Assembly (NCBI GenBank): GCA_963827655.1
Contig: CAWHCF010000003.1
Span: 1 to 59,610 of the forward strand
Source: an uncultured Acidobacteriota bacterium
GTDB lineage: Bacteria > Acidobacteriota > UBA6911
Reading direction: 5' to 3'
DNA length: 59,610 nt
Numbering within the stretch: the first letter of the stretch is position 1; every line of letters begins with the position of its first letter. A model generated the notes under the pieces. It saw only the letters and a program-made list of their open reading frames with translations. It did not search any database and was not told the DNA's origin. Made by a program: the position numbers and the translations under genes. This document shows positions 1 through 10,317 of this stretch, piece by piece.

Positions 1-859
1 AAATGTGGAGACGGCTGTTAGCGGCGTCCGTGACCCAGATTTCTCGCTCGTCGGGTGTGAGGCCGATCCCGTGACTCGGACAGCCGTGGCGCTTCACCGG
101 TCCTTTCTGGAAGCCCTGGACCTCGACTCGATGAAGCTTCTGGCCCGTTCGCAGATCGCCTACTTCAAAGCCGAGCAGCTCGTTGACATTCACGAAGCAG
201 AGCGTCTGGGCCCCGTTGACGGTAAACGGGCGGATGCTGTGACTAAAGGGTCCCACTGTGCGGGCCACTGTGTGGGTTCGGGTGTCGGCAACCGACAGCA
301 GCGGCGATTTGAGACCGGCGAGATAGACGTTGCGTCCGTCCAATCCGTAGACCGTATTGTGCGACCCGGAGTTGGTCACGACCTTCTGGATGATATCCCC
401 GGTCATCGCGTCGACCACATACCAGTGCGCCTTCTCGAAAGAGGGCACATAGATCAGCTTGCCATCGGGCGAGATGGCCATCCGATCGCATCCCTCCTCG
501 TACGATCGCTCCCACAGGATTTTCTCGGTCTGAAGGTCCAGGCACGTCAGCGTCTGGATGGTACTGATATAGATCCTCTGGGTGGCGGCGCTCGCGCAGA
601 CACCCTTCACGTTGACCGGCTTGCCGTCCTTGCCTAGTCCCGCCGTCGGAATCCGCTTCACGAATTGATGGCCCCGGTCGATGTTGAAGACCAGAAGTCC
701 ATGGCCGCCGTACTCGAGGTAGTTTCGGATACCGGGCACCGCCACGTAGAGCAGGCGTTGCAGCCCCTCATCGGCGGAACGTCCGACATCCCCGCTGACG
801 AAGAGCGCAAGAACGACTACGACCGCTGCGAGCGCACGCAACCGCAAACGTCTGTTCAT
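1..859 (-). CDS. Secreted YncE/YVTN-like beta-propeller protein (3' end outside window)
   Basis: Not in the ORF track because it has no stop in the window. Hand translation from ATG 859: MNRRLRLRALAAVVVVLALFV (signal peptide) ... LLYVAVPGIRNY ... CDRMAISPDGKLIYVP ... CPSHGIGLTPDEREIWV, i.e. repeated SPDG/TPD blade motifs. Confidence 0.75.
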   Translation of the reverse strand, partial: MNRRLRLRALAAVVVVLALFVSGDVGRSADEGLQRLLYVAVPGIRNYLEYGGHGLLVFNIDRGHQFVKRIPTAGLGKDGKPVNVKGVCASAATQRIYISTIQTLTCLDLQTEKILWERSYEEGCDRMAISPDGKLIYVPSFEKAHWYVVDAMTGDIIQKVVTNSGSHNTVYGLDGRNVYLAGLKSPLLSVADTRTHTVARTVGPFSHSIRPFTVNGAQTLCFVNVNELLGFEVGDLRTGQKLHRVEVQGFQKGPVKRHGCPSHGIGLTPDEREIWVTDAANSRLHI

Positions 860-875
860 GAGAATCCCCTTGTTT

Positions 876-933
876 ACGATTAAAGTTGACTTGACGATTG
901 CTTAGTGTCATCGTAGTCGTCAGTCGTAACTCG
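876..933. repeat. Short degenerate AGTCGT/ACGATT hexamer-type repeat patch
   Basis: ACGATT..GACGATT followed by TCATCGTAGTCGTCAGTCGTAACTCGT, directly after the SBP stop codon. Confidence 0.45.
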
Positions 934-1860
934 TCAATACTTTACAAGACTCTGCTGTTTCAGCCAGTTCAGCGCAACCGATTCCGGCCTCAGCCCCTGG
1001 CCGTCCACTGCAAAATTGAGCGCCCGGATCGCCTCCGTATCGAGTTTCGAAGCCACCTGTGACAGAATCGGGCCGACCTCGCCGTGCCGCTCGAGCACCT
1101 CCTTGCGTATCACCGGTGCCGGGTTGTAAGCAGGGAAAAAACCCTGATCATCGGCCAGGACCACGAGGCCAAAAGCCTCGATTCGTCCGTCGGTCGAGAA
1201 TCCCATTGCCACATCGACCTGACCATCGCGCAGGGCCTGGTAAGTCAGGCCGGGATCCATTACTTTCACCCGGCGGCGGTCAAACCGGAATCCATAATTC
1301 TTTTCTAGCGCCGGCAGGCCGTCAGGACGCGCATTGAACTCATGACTGGTTGCGAAGGTCAAGGGAGAGCGTTCGGCTTTCACGTAGATCCCCAGCTCCC
1401 CCAAAGTTGTAATACCGAGTCGCTGGGACACGCCCCGCGACATCATCAATGCATAACTGCTGTTAAACCTGGCGTAGGGAAGCCAGACCAACCCGTGGAT
1501 GGCATCTGCCGCCTTGACGCGCTGATAGAGCTTCTCGGCGTCGTGGTCGATTGTCTTGTGCCCAAGCGACACGAGCCAGGCGGTTCCCGTGTACTCCCAA
1601 TATAAATCTATTTCTCCGTTTTCCAGCGCCTGGCGTGTCGTCATGGTTCCAGCCAGTCCTAGCCGATCAACTACGCCGAACCCTGCATCTTCCAGAACCA
1701 GCCGCGTTAGCTCTCCCAGGATCAATTGTTCTGTAAACGACTTCGAACCCACCTTGATCGGCCCCTTGACCGGCTTGCTGGGGAGACAGGACTGAATCAG
1801 CCCTCCCACCACCAGCAACGCCAGGAGAATTGCCGCTTTCGCTGTCAGGTACACTCGCAT
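934..1860 (-). CDS. Glycine betaine/osmoprotectant ABC transporter substrate-binding lipoprotein (OpuCC/OsmF family)
   Basis: Lipobox-like IQSC; VGSKSFTEQ, EYTGT, STDGRI and FFPAY motifs. Confidence 0.92.
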   Translation of the reverse strand: MRVYLTAKAAILLALLVVGGLIQSCLPSKPVKGPIKVGSKSFTEQLILGELTRLVLEDAGFGVVDRLGLAGTMTTRQALENGEIDLYWEYTGTAWLVSLGHKTIDHDAEKLYQRVKAADAIHGLVWLPYARFNSSYALMMSRGVSQRLGITTLGELGIYVKAERSPLTFATSHEFNARPDGLPALEKNYGFRFDRRRVKVMDPGLTYQALRDGQVDVAMGFSTDGRIEAFGLVVLADDQGFFPAYNPAPVIRKEVLERHGEVGPILSQVASKLDTEAIRALNFAVDGQGLRPESVALNWLKQQSLVKY

Positions 1861-1884
1861 TGGGCGCGGAATCAGTACGATTTT

Positions 1885-2658
1885 CTATTGAGACACAATG
1901 GGCTGCCCCCTGGGATTGAGCAGAAACTGCACTTTACCCAATAGTGAATCCAAGAATACAGCCAGCAGCGCCGTCAGGACGGAGCCCGTGATCAAGACAG
2001 GCATGCGATTCAAGGAAAGGCCGGTGACGATCAGGTCTCCAAGACCTCCGGCCCCGACCAACGTCGCCAGCGCGGCGCTTCCAACATTGTAAACCACGGC
2101 CGTCCTGACTCCGGCCATGATAATGGACGCGCTCAGCGGCAGCTCTATCTTGAGAAAAACGCGATTGGGTCTCATGCCCATTCCTCGCGCGGCCTCGATG
2201 ATTTTTTGATCCACGCTGCGGATACCGCTGATGGTGTTGTGCAGGATCGGCAAGAGGGCATGCAGCCACAGCGCCACGACTGCCGTCTTGAATCCCAATC
2301 CCAGCACACCCATCGATAGGCCCAAAATCGCGATACTGGGAACCGTTTGTGCCACGCTCAGAATCTTCACGATTACGCCCTCGGCCCGTCCTGACCCGAG
2401 CCGGGTCAGCAGAGCGCCCAGGGGAAACGAGACCACGAGAGCGCCGATCGACGACACCGCTACCAGCTCCAGGTGACGGCTCAAGGAACCGAGCACGCGA
2501 TCATAGGTGAGGAACTCGACGGGAAGTGAATGCGAAGCGAGGCGTACCGAATAGATCACGACCAACAGCCCGATCCCGGCCAGCAACACGACCGGCGCAA
2601 AACCCCACATTAACCGGGCGGAACGAGTCATTCGGATCACGAGATTTTTTGTCCCCAC
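1885..2658 (-). CDS. Osmoprotectant ABC transporter permease
   Basis: QTVPSIAI; EAA loop IIEAARGMGM; LVGAGGLG. Confidence 0.92.
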   Translation of the reverse strand: MGTKNLVIRMTRSARLMWGFAPVVLLAGIGLLVVIYSVRLASHSLPVEFLTYDRVLGSLSRHLELVAVSSIGALVVSFPLGALLTRLGSGRAEGVIVKILSVAQTVPSIAILGLSMGVLGLGFKTAVVALWLHALLPILHNTISGIRSVDQKIIEAARGMGMRPNRVFLKIELPLSASIIMAGVRTAVVYNVGSAALATLVGAGGLGDLIVTGLSLNRMPVLITGSVLTALLAVFLDSLLGKVQFLLNPRGQPIVSQ

Positions 2659-3740
2659 AGGATCTGTTCAAAACTGACCTCGCCTACCAGGACTCCCGCT
2701 TCCGTGGTGACCGCGACGGCCGAAGCCTCATGACGCAGAATCCGGCAGAGCGCTTCAAAAGCAGACGTATTGGGAGTAATCGGGTTATCGGCCGGAGTCA
2801 TCACTTCATCCACTAAACGCTCGGACGGTTGAGACGCCGCGCGGTCGCGGGAAAGTGTTCCGAGCAGGCAGCCGGCGGAATCGAGAACATAGACCTGACC
2901 GCTCCGGCTTTCACTCAGCAATTGACGCACTCCACCCAGAGGGGTTCCTGGAGAGACCGTCGGGACTCTGCGAACAATCTCGCCCACCTGAACAAACCTC
3001 AGCCTTTTTAGAGCCTGATCTTCACCCACGAGATCCGCGATCAAAGGGTCGGACGCCTGCCCGAGAATCTTCCTTGGCGAAGCATGCAGGATCAGCCTTC
3101 CCTGGTGCAGGATGGCAATTCGGTCGGCCAGCTTCATCGCCTCGTCCATGTCGTGGGTCACGAAGAGGACGGTCTTGTTCATTTGAATCTGGAGTCGAAG
3201 AAACTCGTTTTGAAGATGCGCCCGGGTCACGGGATCGACCGCGCCAAACGGCTCGTCCATCAGGAGGACCGGCGGGTCCGCCGCCAAAGCGCGCGCGACC
3301 CCCACACGCTGGCGCTGTCCGCCGCTGAGCGAGGCCGGCATACGATCTCGAAATTCCCCGGGGTCCAGCCCCACAAGGAAGAGCAGCTCGTCCACGCGCG
3401 GCCGGATTTTTTCCGAAGTCCATCCCCTTTCTCGGGGCACTGTGGCGATGTTTTCCGCAATCGTCATGTGAGGGAACAACCCGATCTCCTGGATGACGTA
3501 GCCCATTCCCTGACGCAGCTCGATGGGGTCGAGTCTGGCTGTGTCCTGGCCATCCACGCGGATTACTCCCGACGAGGGCTCGATCAAGCGGTTTATCATC
3601 TTCAAGGTGGTGCTCTTCCCGCAGCCGGAAGCCCCGATCAGTACACAGACTTCTCCCGAGGCGATTTCGAGACTCAACTGGTCGACGGCGGGAACAGAAC
3701 GCCCCGGAAAGAACTTGGTCACTCCCTCGAGTCTTATCAC
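2637..3740 (-). CDS. Osmoprotectant ABC transporter ATP-binding subunit with C-terminal CBS pair
   Basis: Walker A GASGCGKST, LSGGQRQRVG, LLMDEPFGAVDP; CBS-like C-terminus. Confidence 0.95.
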   Translation of the reverse strand: MIRLEGVTKFFPGRSVPAVDQLSLEIASGEVCVLIGASGCGKSTTLKMINRLIEPSSGVIRVDGQDTARLDPIELRQGMGYVIQEIGLFPHMTIAENIATVPRERGWTSEKIRPRVDELLFLVGLDPGEFRDRMPASLSGGQRQRVGVARALAADPPVLLMDEPFGAVDPVTRAHLQNEFLRLQIQMNKTVLFVTHDMDEAMKLADRIAILHQGRLILHASPRKILGQASDPLIADLVGEDQALKRLRFVQVGEIVRRVPTVSPGTPLGGVRQLLSESRSGQVYVLDSAGCLLGTLSRDRAASQPSERLVDEVMTPADNPITPNTSAFEALCRILRHEASAVAVTTEAGVLVGEVSFEQILWGQKIS

Positions 3741-4369
3741 CTGGCCCTCCGCGAAGACCAGCGAACCTCAGCCCGCTTCAAGACCGTGTCCACGACAATG
3801 GCGAGGACCGAAACCAGTGATGCCCCCACCAGCACCATGGTCGCGTCCGAACGGGCGATCCCTCTCAGAATGAACTCACCCAGGCCGCCGCTGCCGATGT
3901 AGGCGGCGATAGTAGTCAGTCCGACCCCGATAACCACGGAGACGCGGACCCCGGCGAGAATGGTGGGGGTCGCGAGCGGCAGCTTGATTCGGTACAGGAT
4001 CCTCAACTCCCGCATTCCCATGCCCCGCGCGGCTTCGAGCACGCTGGGGTCGATGGAGGCGATTCCTTCGCAGGTATTGCGCATCACCGGCAGCTGAGTA
4101 TAGAGAATCAGTCCGATGACTGCCGGCGGAAAGCCTAAACCGAACCAGGGGATAAGAAGACCAAACAAGGCGATGCTCGGTATTGTCGTTACCAGATCCA
4201 CGAGATACAGGACGACCGCCCTGAACCATCTTGAGTAGCTGGCCATAATGCCGAGACACAATCCAAGGGGTATGGAAACCGCCATTGCCGACAGGATCAG
4301 CGCGAGGTGCTGTCCGGTCAAATACAGGATTTGATCTATCCTATCGACGACAAAGTCCATGAAAGGCAT
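3737..4369 (-). CDS. Osmoprotectant ABC transporter permease
   Basis: TIPSIAL, VLEAARGMGM, YIGSGGLG; 4-bp overlap with the ATPase gene. Confidence 0.92.
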   Translation of the reverse strand: MPFMDFVVDRIDQILYLTGQHLALILSAMAVSIPLGLCLGIMASYSRWFRAVVLYLVDLVTTIPSIALFGLLIPWFGLGFPPAVIGLILYTQLPVMRNTCEGIASIDPSVLEAARGMGMRELRILYRIKLPLATPTILAGVRVSVVIGVGLTTIAAYIGSGGLGEFILRGIARSDATMVLVGASLVSVLAIVVDTVLKRAEVRWSSRRAR

Positions 4370-4464
4370 AAGAGCTGGTCAGCAGTTCGTTCTTGCTCGC
4401 GTTAACCAAGAAGCCGACAAGGAAGACAAAGCGAGGTATAAGCTGGTTGCTACGTCTTGGGGAA

Positions 4465-4497
4465 CGGTGCCGTTCCCGTTCCCGTTCCCGTTCACGA
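4465..4497 (+). repeat. (CGTTCC)n hexamer array, left arm
   Basis: CGGTGCCGTTCCCGTTCCCGTTCCCGTTCACG. Confidence 0.85.
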
Positions 4498-4618
4498 TCA
4501 ATCGACGTCGAGGCGCCTGGCAAGCTTAGTTAACATCGAAACGATGCGTTCGAACATTGCCAGTCTCCTGCCTGCGCGCACCGATAGAATTGCGCCGTAA
4601 GCAGACGTCAACTATGCG
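4498..4618 (-). pseudogene. C-terminal remnant of a four-helix-bundle (23S rRNA IVP/S23-like) protein
   Basis: Two joined frames read RIVDVCLRRNSIGARRQETG / AMFERIVSMLTKLARRLDVD*. The xLDVC...RIVSMLTKL ending is typical of this family. No N-terminal half is present. Confidence 0.6.
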
Positions 4619-4683
4619 ACTCGGTCCCTTACCGCGTTGGCGCTGGGATAATAACGGCCTAACCGGCAATGCTAGGATACCGC

Positions 4684-4719
4684 CGGGAAACGGGACCGGA
4701 AACGGGAACGTGTACGTGG
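4684..4719 (-). repeat. (GGGAAC)n-type hexamer array, right arm, inverted relative to 4465-4497
   Basis: CGGGAAACGGGACCGGAAACGGGAACGTGTACGTGG. Confidence 0.75.
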
Positions 4720-4999
4720 AAGAAATCCGCAGTTTCGTCATGTAGCCGTTATAGTTCAGCACGTTGACAAAACTCAAGCGTATGTGTCAACATCCGCTCA
4801 TCCTGGCGTTCATAGTCAAATGCGACGTGACCGGAGCGCGCGCTCACAGCGTGCCCGCCTTCGTCATATAGTGCTCCTCAAGCCGTACCATCCTTGCGTG
4901 GCAGGCGCGCCCGTTCAAGGTATAGCAAGGACATCTTGAGTTGTTTCTCCAAGCGCGTCGGACCTCGAAGTCTTACCAATAGTCTCGTGAGGAAAGTCC

Positions 5000-7900
5000 A
5001 TGAAAAAGCACCTTTTCCTTCTGGCAGCATTCCTGTTCTTTGGCTCTGCTCTCTACGGTCAAGAAGCGGGCATCAGCGGGACCGTAACCGACCCTTCGGG
5101 AGCCGTCGTTCCGGGAGCCGAGGTAACCGTTACGGACGCCGGAACTGGCCAGTCACGCTCCTCAATTACCAACCCACAGGGTCACTACGTCATTCCGGCG
5201 CTTCGCCCGGGCGACTATAGCCTCCGCGTCGACGCTCCCGGGTTTAGAAAGTATTCCCAATCGGGAATCGTCCTGAGGGCAGACCAGCGCGTGACGGTAA
5301 ATGTAGCGCTGCTGGTCGGCGAAACCGAGGCAACGGTCACTGTAGATGCCGGGGCCCAGCAAGTCGACACCCAGACTTCAACCCTTACGCAGGTTGTTGA
5401 CGAGCGTCGAATGGTAGACCTGCCTCTGAACGGCCGCAATGCCGCGAAACTCACGCTGCTGGTGGCCGGGGCGGTCAGCGCTCCCGACGGCGGAGCGGAC
5501 ACCGGCAGCACGAAGACTTTTCCGGGCGCGGTAACGATTTCCACCAACGGCTCACGCCAGAACCAGATCAGCTACACGCTGGACGGCGGGAGCTACATGG
5601 ACACCTTCACCAACGTAAACCAGCCTTTCCCTTTTCCCGACGCGCTTCAGGAATTCTCAGTACAGACGAGCAACTACGGCGCGCAGTTCGGAAACAATGC
5701 CGGCGGGGTCGTGAATGTCATTACCAAGTCCGGCACCAACGCCTTTCACGGCGATCTCTTTGCGTTCCATCGGAACCAGGTATTGAACGCCCGCAATTTT
5801 TTCCAGAGCACGCGCGATCCGCTGAAACGGACCCAGTTCGGCGGTACCTTCGGGGGACCGGTCGTACGCCAGCGAACTTTCTTCTTCGGCGGCTATCAAG
5901 GGAATCGAATCCGGAGCACACTGGGAGGGCTCAGCGCGTTTGTTCCGACCAACGCTAACCGCGAAGGCGACTTCTCTGCGCTTCTGGATGCCGCCAATCC
6001 GAACAATCCGCTGGCGCGACGCATCACCATCCTGGACCCTGAGACGCGTCAGCCCTTTCCCGACAACATTATTCCCAAGAACCGTTTCAACGCCGCCGGA
6101 GTTGCCTTTCTCGAACACATTCCGCGAGCCGACGGAAATGGTCGAATCCGCTACGGCAGAGCCATCCACACGAACTACGACGAGTTCATCGCCAAAGTCG
6201 ATCATCAATTTACTTCCACCGAACGCGGGAGCATTCGCTACATTACGAATCTCTTTGATGACGCCTCCGGTTTCGACGGCAGCAATCTTGCTTACCTTGA
6301 ACGATTTCTCGAGGATCCGCTCCCAGAATGTGGTGCTCAGTGAAAACAGCGTTATTACGGGCAACCTGATCAATGACGCGCGCTTTTCGTTCTCACGAGT
6401 AGCCTCGCTCCGGGATATGCCCGAAAGCGCTCCCCGGATTTCGGATTTCGGTGTCGACGTGTGGCAACCTGACGGCCAGCCGGGAATCGAATTCACGACC
6501 GTGACCGGCTTCTTTTCGGTGGGCGACTTTCCGCGGGCCCGGTTTGTGCGCAATGACTTCAGCTGGACGGATGATCTGAAATGGGTTCGCGGTCGCCACT
6601 CCCTGGCGCTGGGGGGCTCGTATCAGCGCAGCCGTCTGGACATCGACAACGGGTCACGACAGCTCGCCTGGTTCTACTTCACCAACGACGACATCAACTA
6701 TGCAATTGCCAGCGTGTTCACCGGAACGCTGAGGCGTTTTGTGCAGGGCACCGGAGAGTTTCGCAACAATCGAAACAACTTCGTCGGCCTCTATGTCCAG
6801 GATAACTTTCGCGTGACTCGGCGATGGAGTCTGAATTTCGGTCTCAGGTGGGATCCTTACTTTCCCTGGAACGAGATCCAGGGGCGGATCCAGGTTTTCG
6901 ACCCGAAGGACTTCGCTGCGGGAAGGAAGTCGCAATTTTTCACGAATTCTCCGGCGGGCTTGTTGTTTCCCGGAGTTCGGCGACCCCGGACCCGAACACG
7001 GAACTACCTCTGATCTCGATAACCTTGCGCCCCGTCTTGGATTCGCCTGGGACGTCTTCGGCAATGGCAGGACCAGTCTGCGCGGTGGAGCCGGCGTGTT
7101 CTACGACTCCAGGCAAGTGGCCAATCTCACGACCGTGATGTCGAACAGCAACGCGTTCGGTGGAGTTCAAATTGACCGAACACAGCCTCCGGGACCGTTC
7201 AACAAGCCGTTCGGCAACCAGCCGAACCCGTTCCCGGCCAACCCTTCTCCGACCCCGGGTACGCCTTTTCCCAGCCCGGTTGCCGTCGTTACCTTCGCTC
7301 CAGGAGAGAAGTTCAAAACCACGACCGCCTATAACTGGAATCTGGCAATCGAACATCAGCTGTTGTCGGACTGGCTGGCCCGGGGTGCCTATGTGGGCTC
7401 CCATGGCAGTCACATTCTGGAGAATGTGGACGTCAACGCGGCGACTTTCATTCCCGGCAGTACCATGGGAACTGATTTGCGGAGGCCGTATGTGGGCCTC
7501 GGGCAGATCAGACAGGCGACGCCGGACGTCAACTCCAACTATCACGGCTTGCAGCTCACGATGGAAAAACGATCCGGCGGTGATCGCTTCTGGGGCCGTA
7601 GCTCGGTCCTGGCCAACTACACTTACTCGCGGAGCATTGACACACTCCCTTTCGGAACCACGCTGGTGGGTTTCGGGGGGAGAGTATCGGCGCTGGCGTT
7701 CGGCAACCCGGCGCGCAGGTCCTTCGAGACCGGTGTTTCTGAATTCGACCACACCCATCGCATTGTAACCTCCTACATCCTGTCCCTGCCCAGTTTCACT
7801 ACGGCGAACTCCTGTGATGAGGGCTGTCTTCGGCGACTGGCAGGCCACCGGAATCTTCGAGGCTCAGTCCGGGGGACCCCTGACGATTCTCGCGGGCAGC

Positions 7901-8287
7901 GACGTCTCACAGACGGGTCTGGGGAGTGATCGTGTCGACTATGTCGGCGGCTCGGCCCTGGGCACGACGGGATGCGGAATCAATGAGGCCCCGTGCGTGG
8001 GATATCTCAACACGGCCGCGTTCGTTCGTCCTCAAGCAGGCAGTGCCGGAAATGTCGGCAAGGGTGCTGTTCGCGGTCCCGGTTTCGTCAGCTGGGACAT
8101 GGGCTTTTTCAAGAATTTCCGGATTCGTGAAAGGACCCAGATCCAGTTTCGCTTCGAATACTTCAATATCTTCAATCGCGCTAACTTCCAGGATCCCAAT
8201 GCCAGTTTCGCCGCCGGCGGTTTTGGCGGGATCCGAGGCGCTTTCGATCCCCGGATCGGACAGGTGGCAATGAAGATCATCTTTTGA
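5000..8287 (+). CDS. TonB-dependent receptor, Oar-like with N-terminal carboxypeptidase-regulatory-like domain; three +1 frameshifts (~6290, ~6977, ~7815)
   Basis: Signal peptide; ISGTVTDPSGAVVPGA; LPLNGRN; EFSVQTSNY..ITKSGTN; LYVQDNFRV..LNFGLRWD; C-terminal PRIGQVAMKIIF. ORFs 5000, 5940, 7096 and 7814 join by successive +1 shifts. Confidence 0.92.
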
Positions 8288-8296
8288 GACACGGTG

Positions 8297-8368
8297 CTTC
8301 TTCGTGTCTTTGTGTCTTCGTGGTCAGCGCTGCGAAGCAAATACCGCCAGGGCACGAAGACACGAAGG
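8297..8368. repeat. Octamer (CACGAAGA) repeat element, inverted arm pair
   Basis: CTTCGTGTCTTTGTGTCTTCGTGGT, about 18 nt spacer, ACCGCCAGGGCACGAAGACACGAAG. Confidence 0.85.
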
Positions 8369-8468
8369 AATTACACGAGCCGGGCGTTCCGATGCTCTCA
8401 TCACAATGGATATTGAACCGCCGGAGTTACTGGCGATGAGTTAAGTTCCAGCGTAATCGCGCTGCGCC

Positions 8469-8504
8469 TTGACTTACACAAACACAGGTGTAGTTTAGCT
8501 GTGT
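8469..8504 (+). promoter_or_regulatory. Putative sigma70 promoter for near-leaderless vapB with overlapping TACAC/GTGTA inverted repeat (possible autorepression operator)
   Basis: TTGACT-16 nt-TAGTTT, with ATG 8 nt downstream and no SD. Confidence 0.5.
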
Positions 8505-8705
8505 ATGCCAACGAACCTGGCAATTGACGACAAGCTCCTGGACGAGGCCTTGAGCATCAGCGGCTATAAGACGAAGCGCGAGACCGTTAATGAAGCGCTG
8601 CGCGAGTTCATCCAGCGGCGACAACGCCTCGAACTCGTGAAACTCTTTGGTAAAGTCGAGTACGATGCTCGTTACGATTACAAGAAGGAGCGTCGTCGTC
8701 GGTGA
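8505..8705 (+). CDS. vapB: Type II TA antitoxin, VapB (DUF2191-like)
   Basis: TNLAIDDKLLDEA..TKRETVNEALREFIQRR..YDYK pattern; 66 aa. Confidence 0.85.
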   Translation: MPTNLAIDDKLLDEALSISGYKTKRETVNEALREFIQRRQRLELVKLFGKVEYDARYDYKKERRRR

Positions 8706-8815
8706 TCTTGCTCGATACCTCGGTTCTGTCGCGCGCTCCACGTGGCGCGCTCTTGGGCGGTGTCAGCCTGACCGACAGGCCGCTGTGCTCTGTCACGGAG
8801 GTGCTTGAACCATGA
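8702..8815 (+). pseudogene. vapC: Truncated VapC/PIN toxin (only the first ~12 codons are PIN-like)
   Basis: GTGA overlap with the vapB stop; reads MILLDTSVLSRA (PIN start motif), then unrelated sequence and a stop overlapping the next ATG. Confidence 0.7.
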
Positions 8816-9981
8816 GGCCGGCCTTCATCGTCATCATTACTACACTTCTCATGGGGCTCGCCGCCCGCGAGGCGGCTCCGCGGGATGCACCGTCTGAGCG
8901 CAGCAGCTGGAATCGGGAGAGCGCCGCAAGCTATCTGGACGAACGGATGGACGTCTGGTTTGCCAACGCCAAGAAGCTGCAAACGGGTCAAGGTGAGGCG
9001 GCTTGTGTCTCCTGTCACACGACGGTCCCGTACGTGCTTTCGCGGCCTGTTCTGAGGCGGGCGATGCATGTGAGCAGCGCAACGCCCCAGGAGATGCGTC
9101 TGCTCGAGGAAGTCACCCGGCGCGTGGAAAGCTACGATACTCACGAGCCGCTCTATGACTTCAACGACAAGAAGAAGATCGAGTCTCGCGGCACCGAGGC
9201 CGTGCTCAACGCCCTGATCCTCGCTAAAACGGATGCCGGACACAACCGGCGAGATGTCAGTGAGCCCATGCAAAAGGCCCTCCGGCGATTGTGGGAAACT
9301 CAACGGTCCGACGGGGCGTGGGACTGGCTCGATTTCGGGCTCGAGCCCTTCGAGACCGTTGACGCAACGTATCATGGCGCGACACTCGCGGCCCTGGCCA
9401 TCGGATCTGTTCCTGCCTTCTCCAAGAGCCCTGAAACCGGCGCAGCAGTTGGCATCGACAAGCTGCGCGGCTATTTGAAAGAGAAGTACTCATCGCAAAG
9501 CCTCTTCAACCGGGCGTGGCTCCTACTGGCGTCGACTCGGTTAAAGGACCTGCTCACGCGAACGCAGCGTCAGGCGCTAATCACGGAGATCCAGAGTCGG
9601 CAACAGGACGATGGGGGCTGGTCGCTGGAAACATTGGGCACGTGGAGGTGGAGCAAGCCCGACGCGCCCTTCCGGGCGCCCGGAACGACCGACGCCTCAC
9701 TGCTCGCGAAGTCGGATGCTTACGCGACCGGGCTGATCGTCTACACGCTCAGGGAAACCGGACTTCCCGTCGATCATCCTGCTGTGAGAAAGGGCTTGCA
9801 TTGGCTCAAGGCGAACCAGCATGACATTGAGGTCGGTCAATCGAAACGTCCAGCCTGGCGGGCACACTCGCTCAACTTTGACCGCGAACACGGCGGTGAG
9901 AAAGGCGAACCCTGGCGCCGGATGTTCATGTCCGATGCGGCGACGGCCTTCGCCATACTGGCCTTGGTCGAATCGGATTGA
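8812..9981 (+). CDS. Secreted prenyltransferase/squalene-cyclase-repeat (alpha/alpha toroid) protein with CxxCH
   Basis: Signal peptide; CVSCH; QW-like repeats QRSDGAW and QQDDGGW; VRKGLHWLKANQ. Confidence 0.7.
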   Translation: MRPAFIVIITTLLMGLAAREAAPRDAPSERSSWNRESAASYLDERMDVWFANAKKLQTGQGEAACVSCHTTVPYVLSRPVLRRAMHVSSATPQEMRLLEEVTRRVESYDTHEPLYDFNDKKKIESRGTEAVLNALILAKTDAGHNRRDVSEPMQKALRRLWETQRSDGAWDWLDFGLEPFETVDATYHGATLAALAIGSVPAFSKSPETGAAVGIDKLRGYLKEKYSSQSLFNRAWLLLASTRLKDLLTRTQRQALITEIQSRQQDDGGWSLETLGTWRWSKPDAPFRAPGTTDASLLAKSDAYATGLIVYTLRETGLPVDHPAVRKGLHWLKANQHDIEVGQSKRPAWRAHSLNFDREHGGEKGEPWRRMFMSDAATAFAILALVESD

Positions 9982-10131
9982 GTGCTTGACGGTGGGATTG
10001 ATGAAGGCATCCGCGTCCGGAACCCCGCCGACGAGGCCAGGATAGCGTGGACTCGCGGCTGAGCAGCTGGTCGTAGGGCGTCGCGAAGTCCACTTTAAGA
10101 AATCGGTCTGATTGCCGTAAAATTAGGAGCC

Positions 10132-10317
10132 ATGGACAGCAATCTGAAAGAAGAAGCGCGGCGGCTGATCGACGAGTTACCCCAGAATTCAACATGGGAT
10201 GACTTAATGCACAAAATATATGTACGTCAAGCAATCGAGGCGGGCCTGGACGACAGTGAAGCGGGTCGCACGACGGATGTCGGGAACGTCCGTGCGCGAT
10301 TCAAACTGCCCAAGTGA
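10132..10317 (+). CDS. Small antitoxin partner of RelE/ParE toxin
   Basis: LIDELP..TWDDLM..IYVRQAIEAGL.D.EAGR; GGAG RBS; 4-bp overlap with the toxin. Confidence 0.8.
   Translation: MDSNLKEEARRLIDELPQNSTWDDLMHKIYVRQAIEAGLDDSEAGRTTDVGNVRARFKLPK

Noticed and set aside
5-883. Plus-strand ORFs 5-637 and 665-883
   Set aside because: They are antisense shadows of the real minus-strand propeller gene.
4370-4470. Riboswitch upstream of the osmoprotectant operon (also checked before 22146)
   Set aside because: No recognisable c-di-AMP, SAM or glycine aptamer core by eye; an Rfam/Infernal scan would be needed.
5000-8287. Calling the TonB receptor and other split genes pseudogenes or programmed frameshifts
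   Set aside because: The uniform insertion bias and lack of slippery motifs favour sequencing error.
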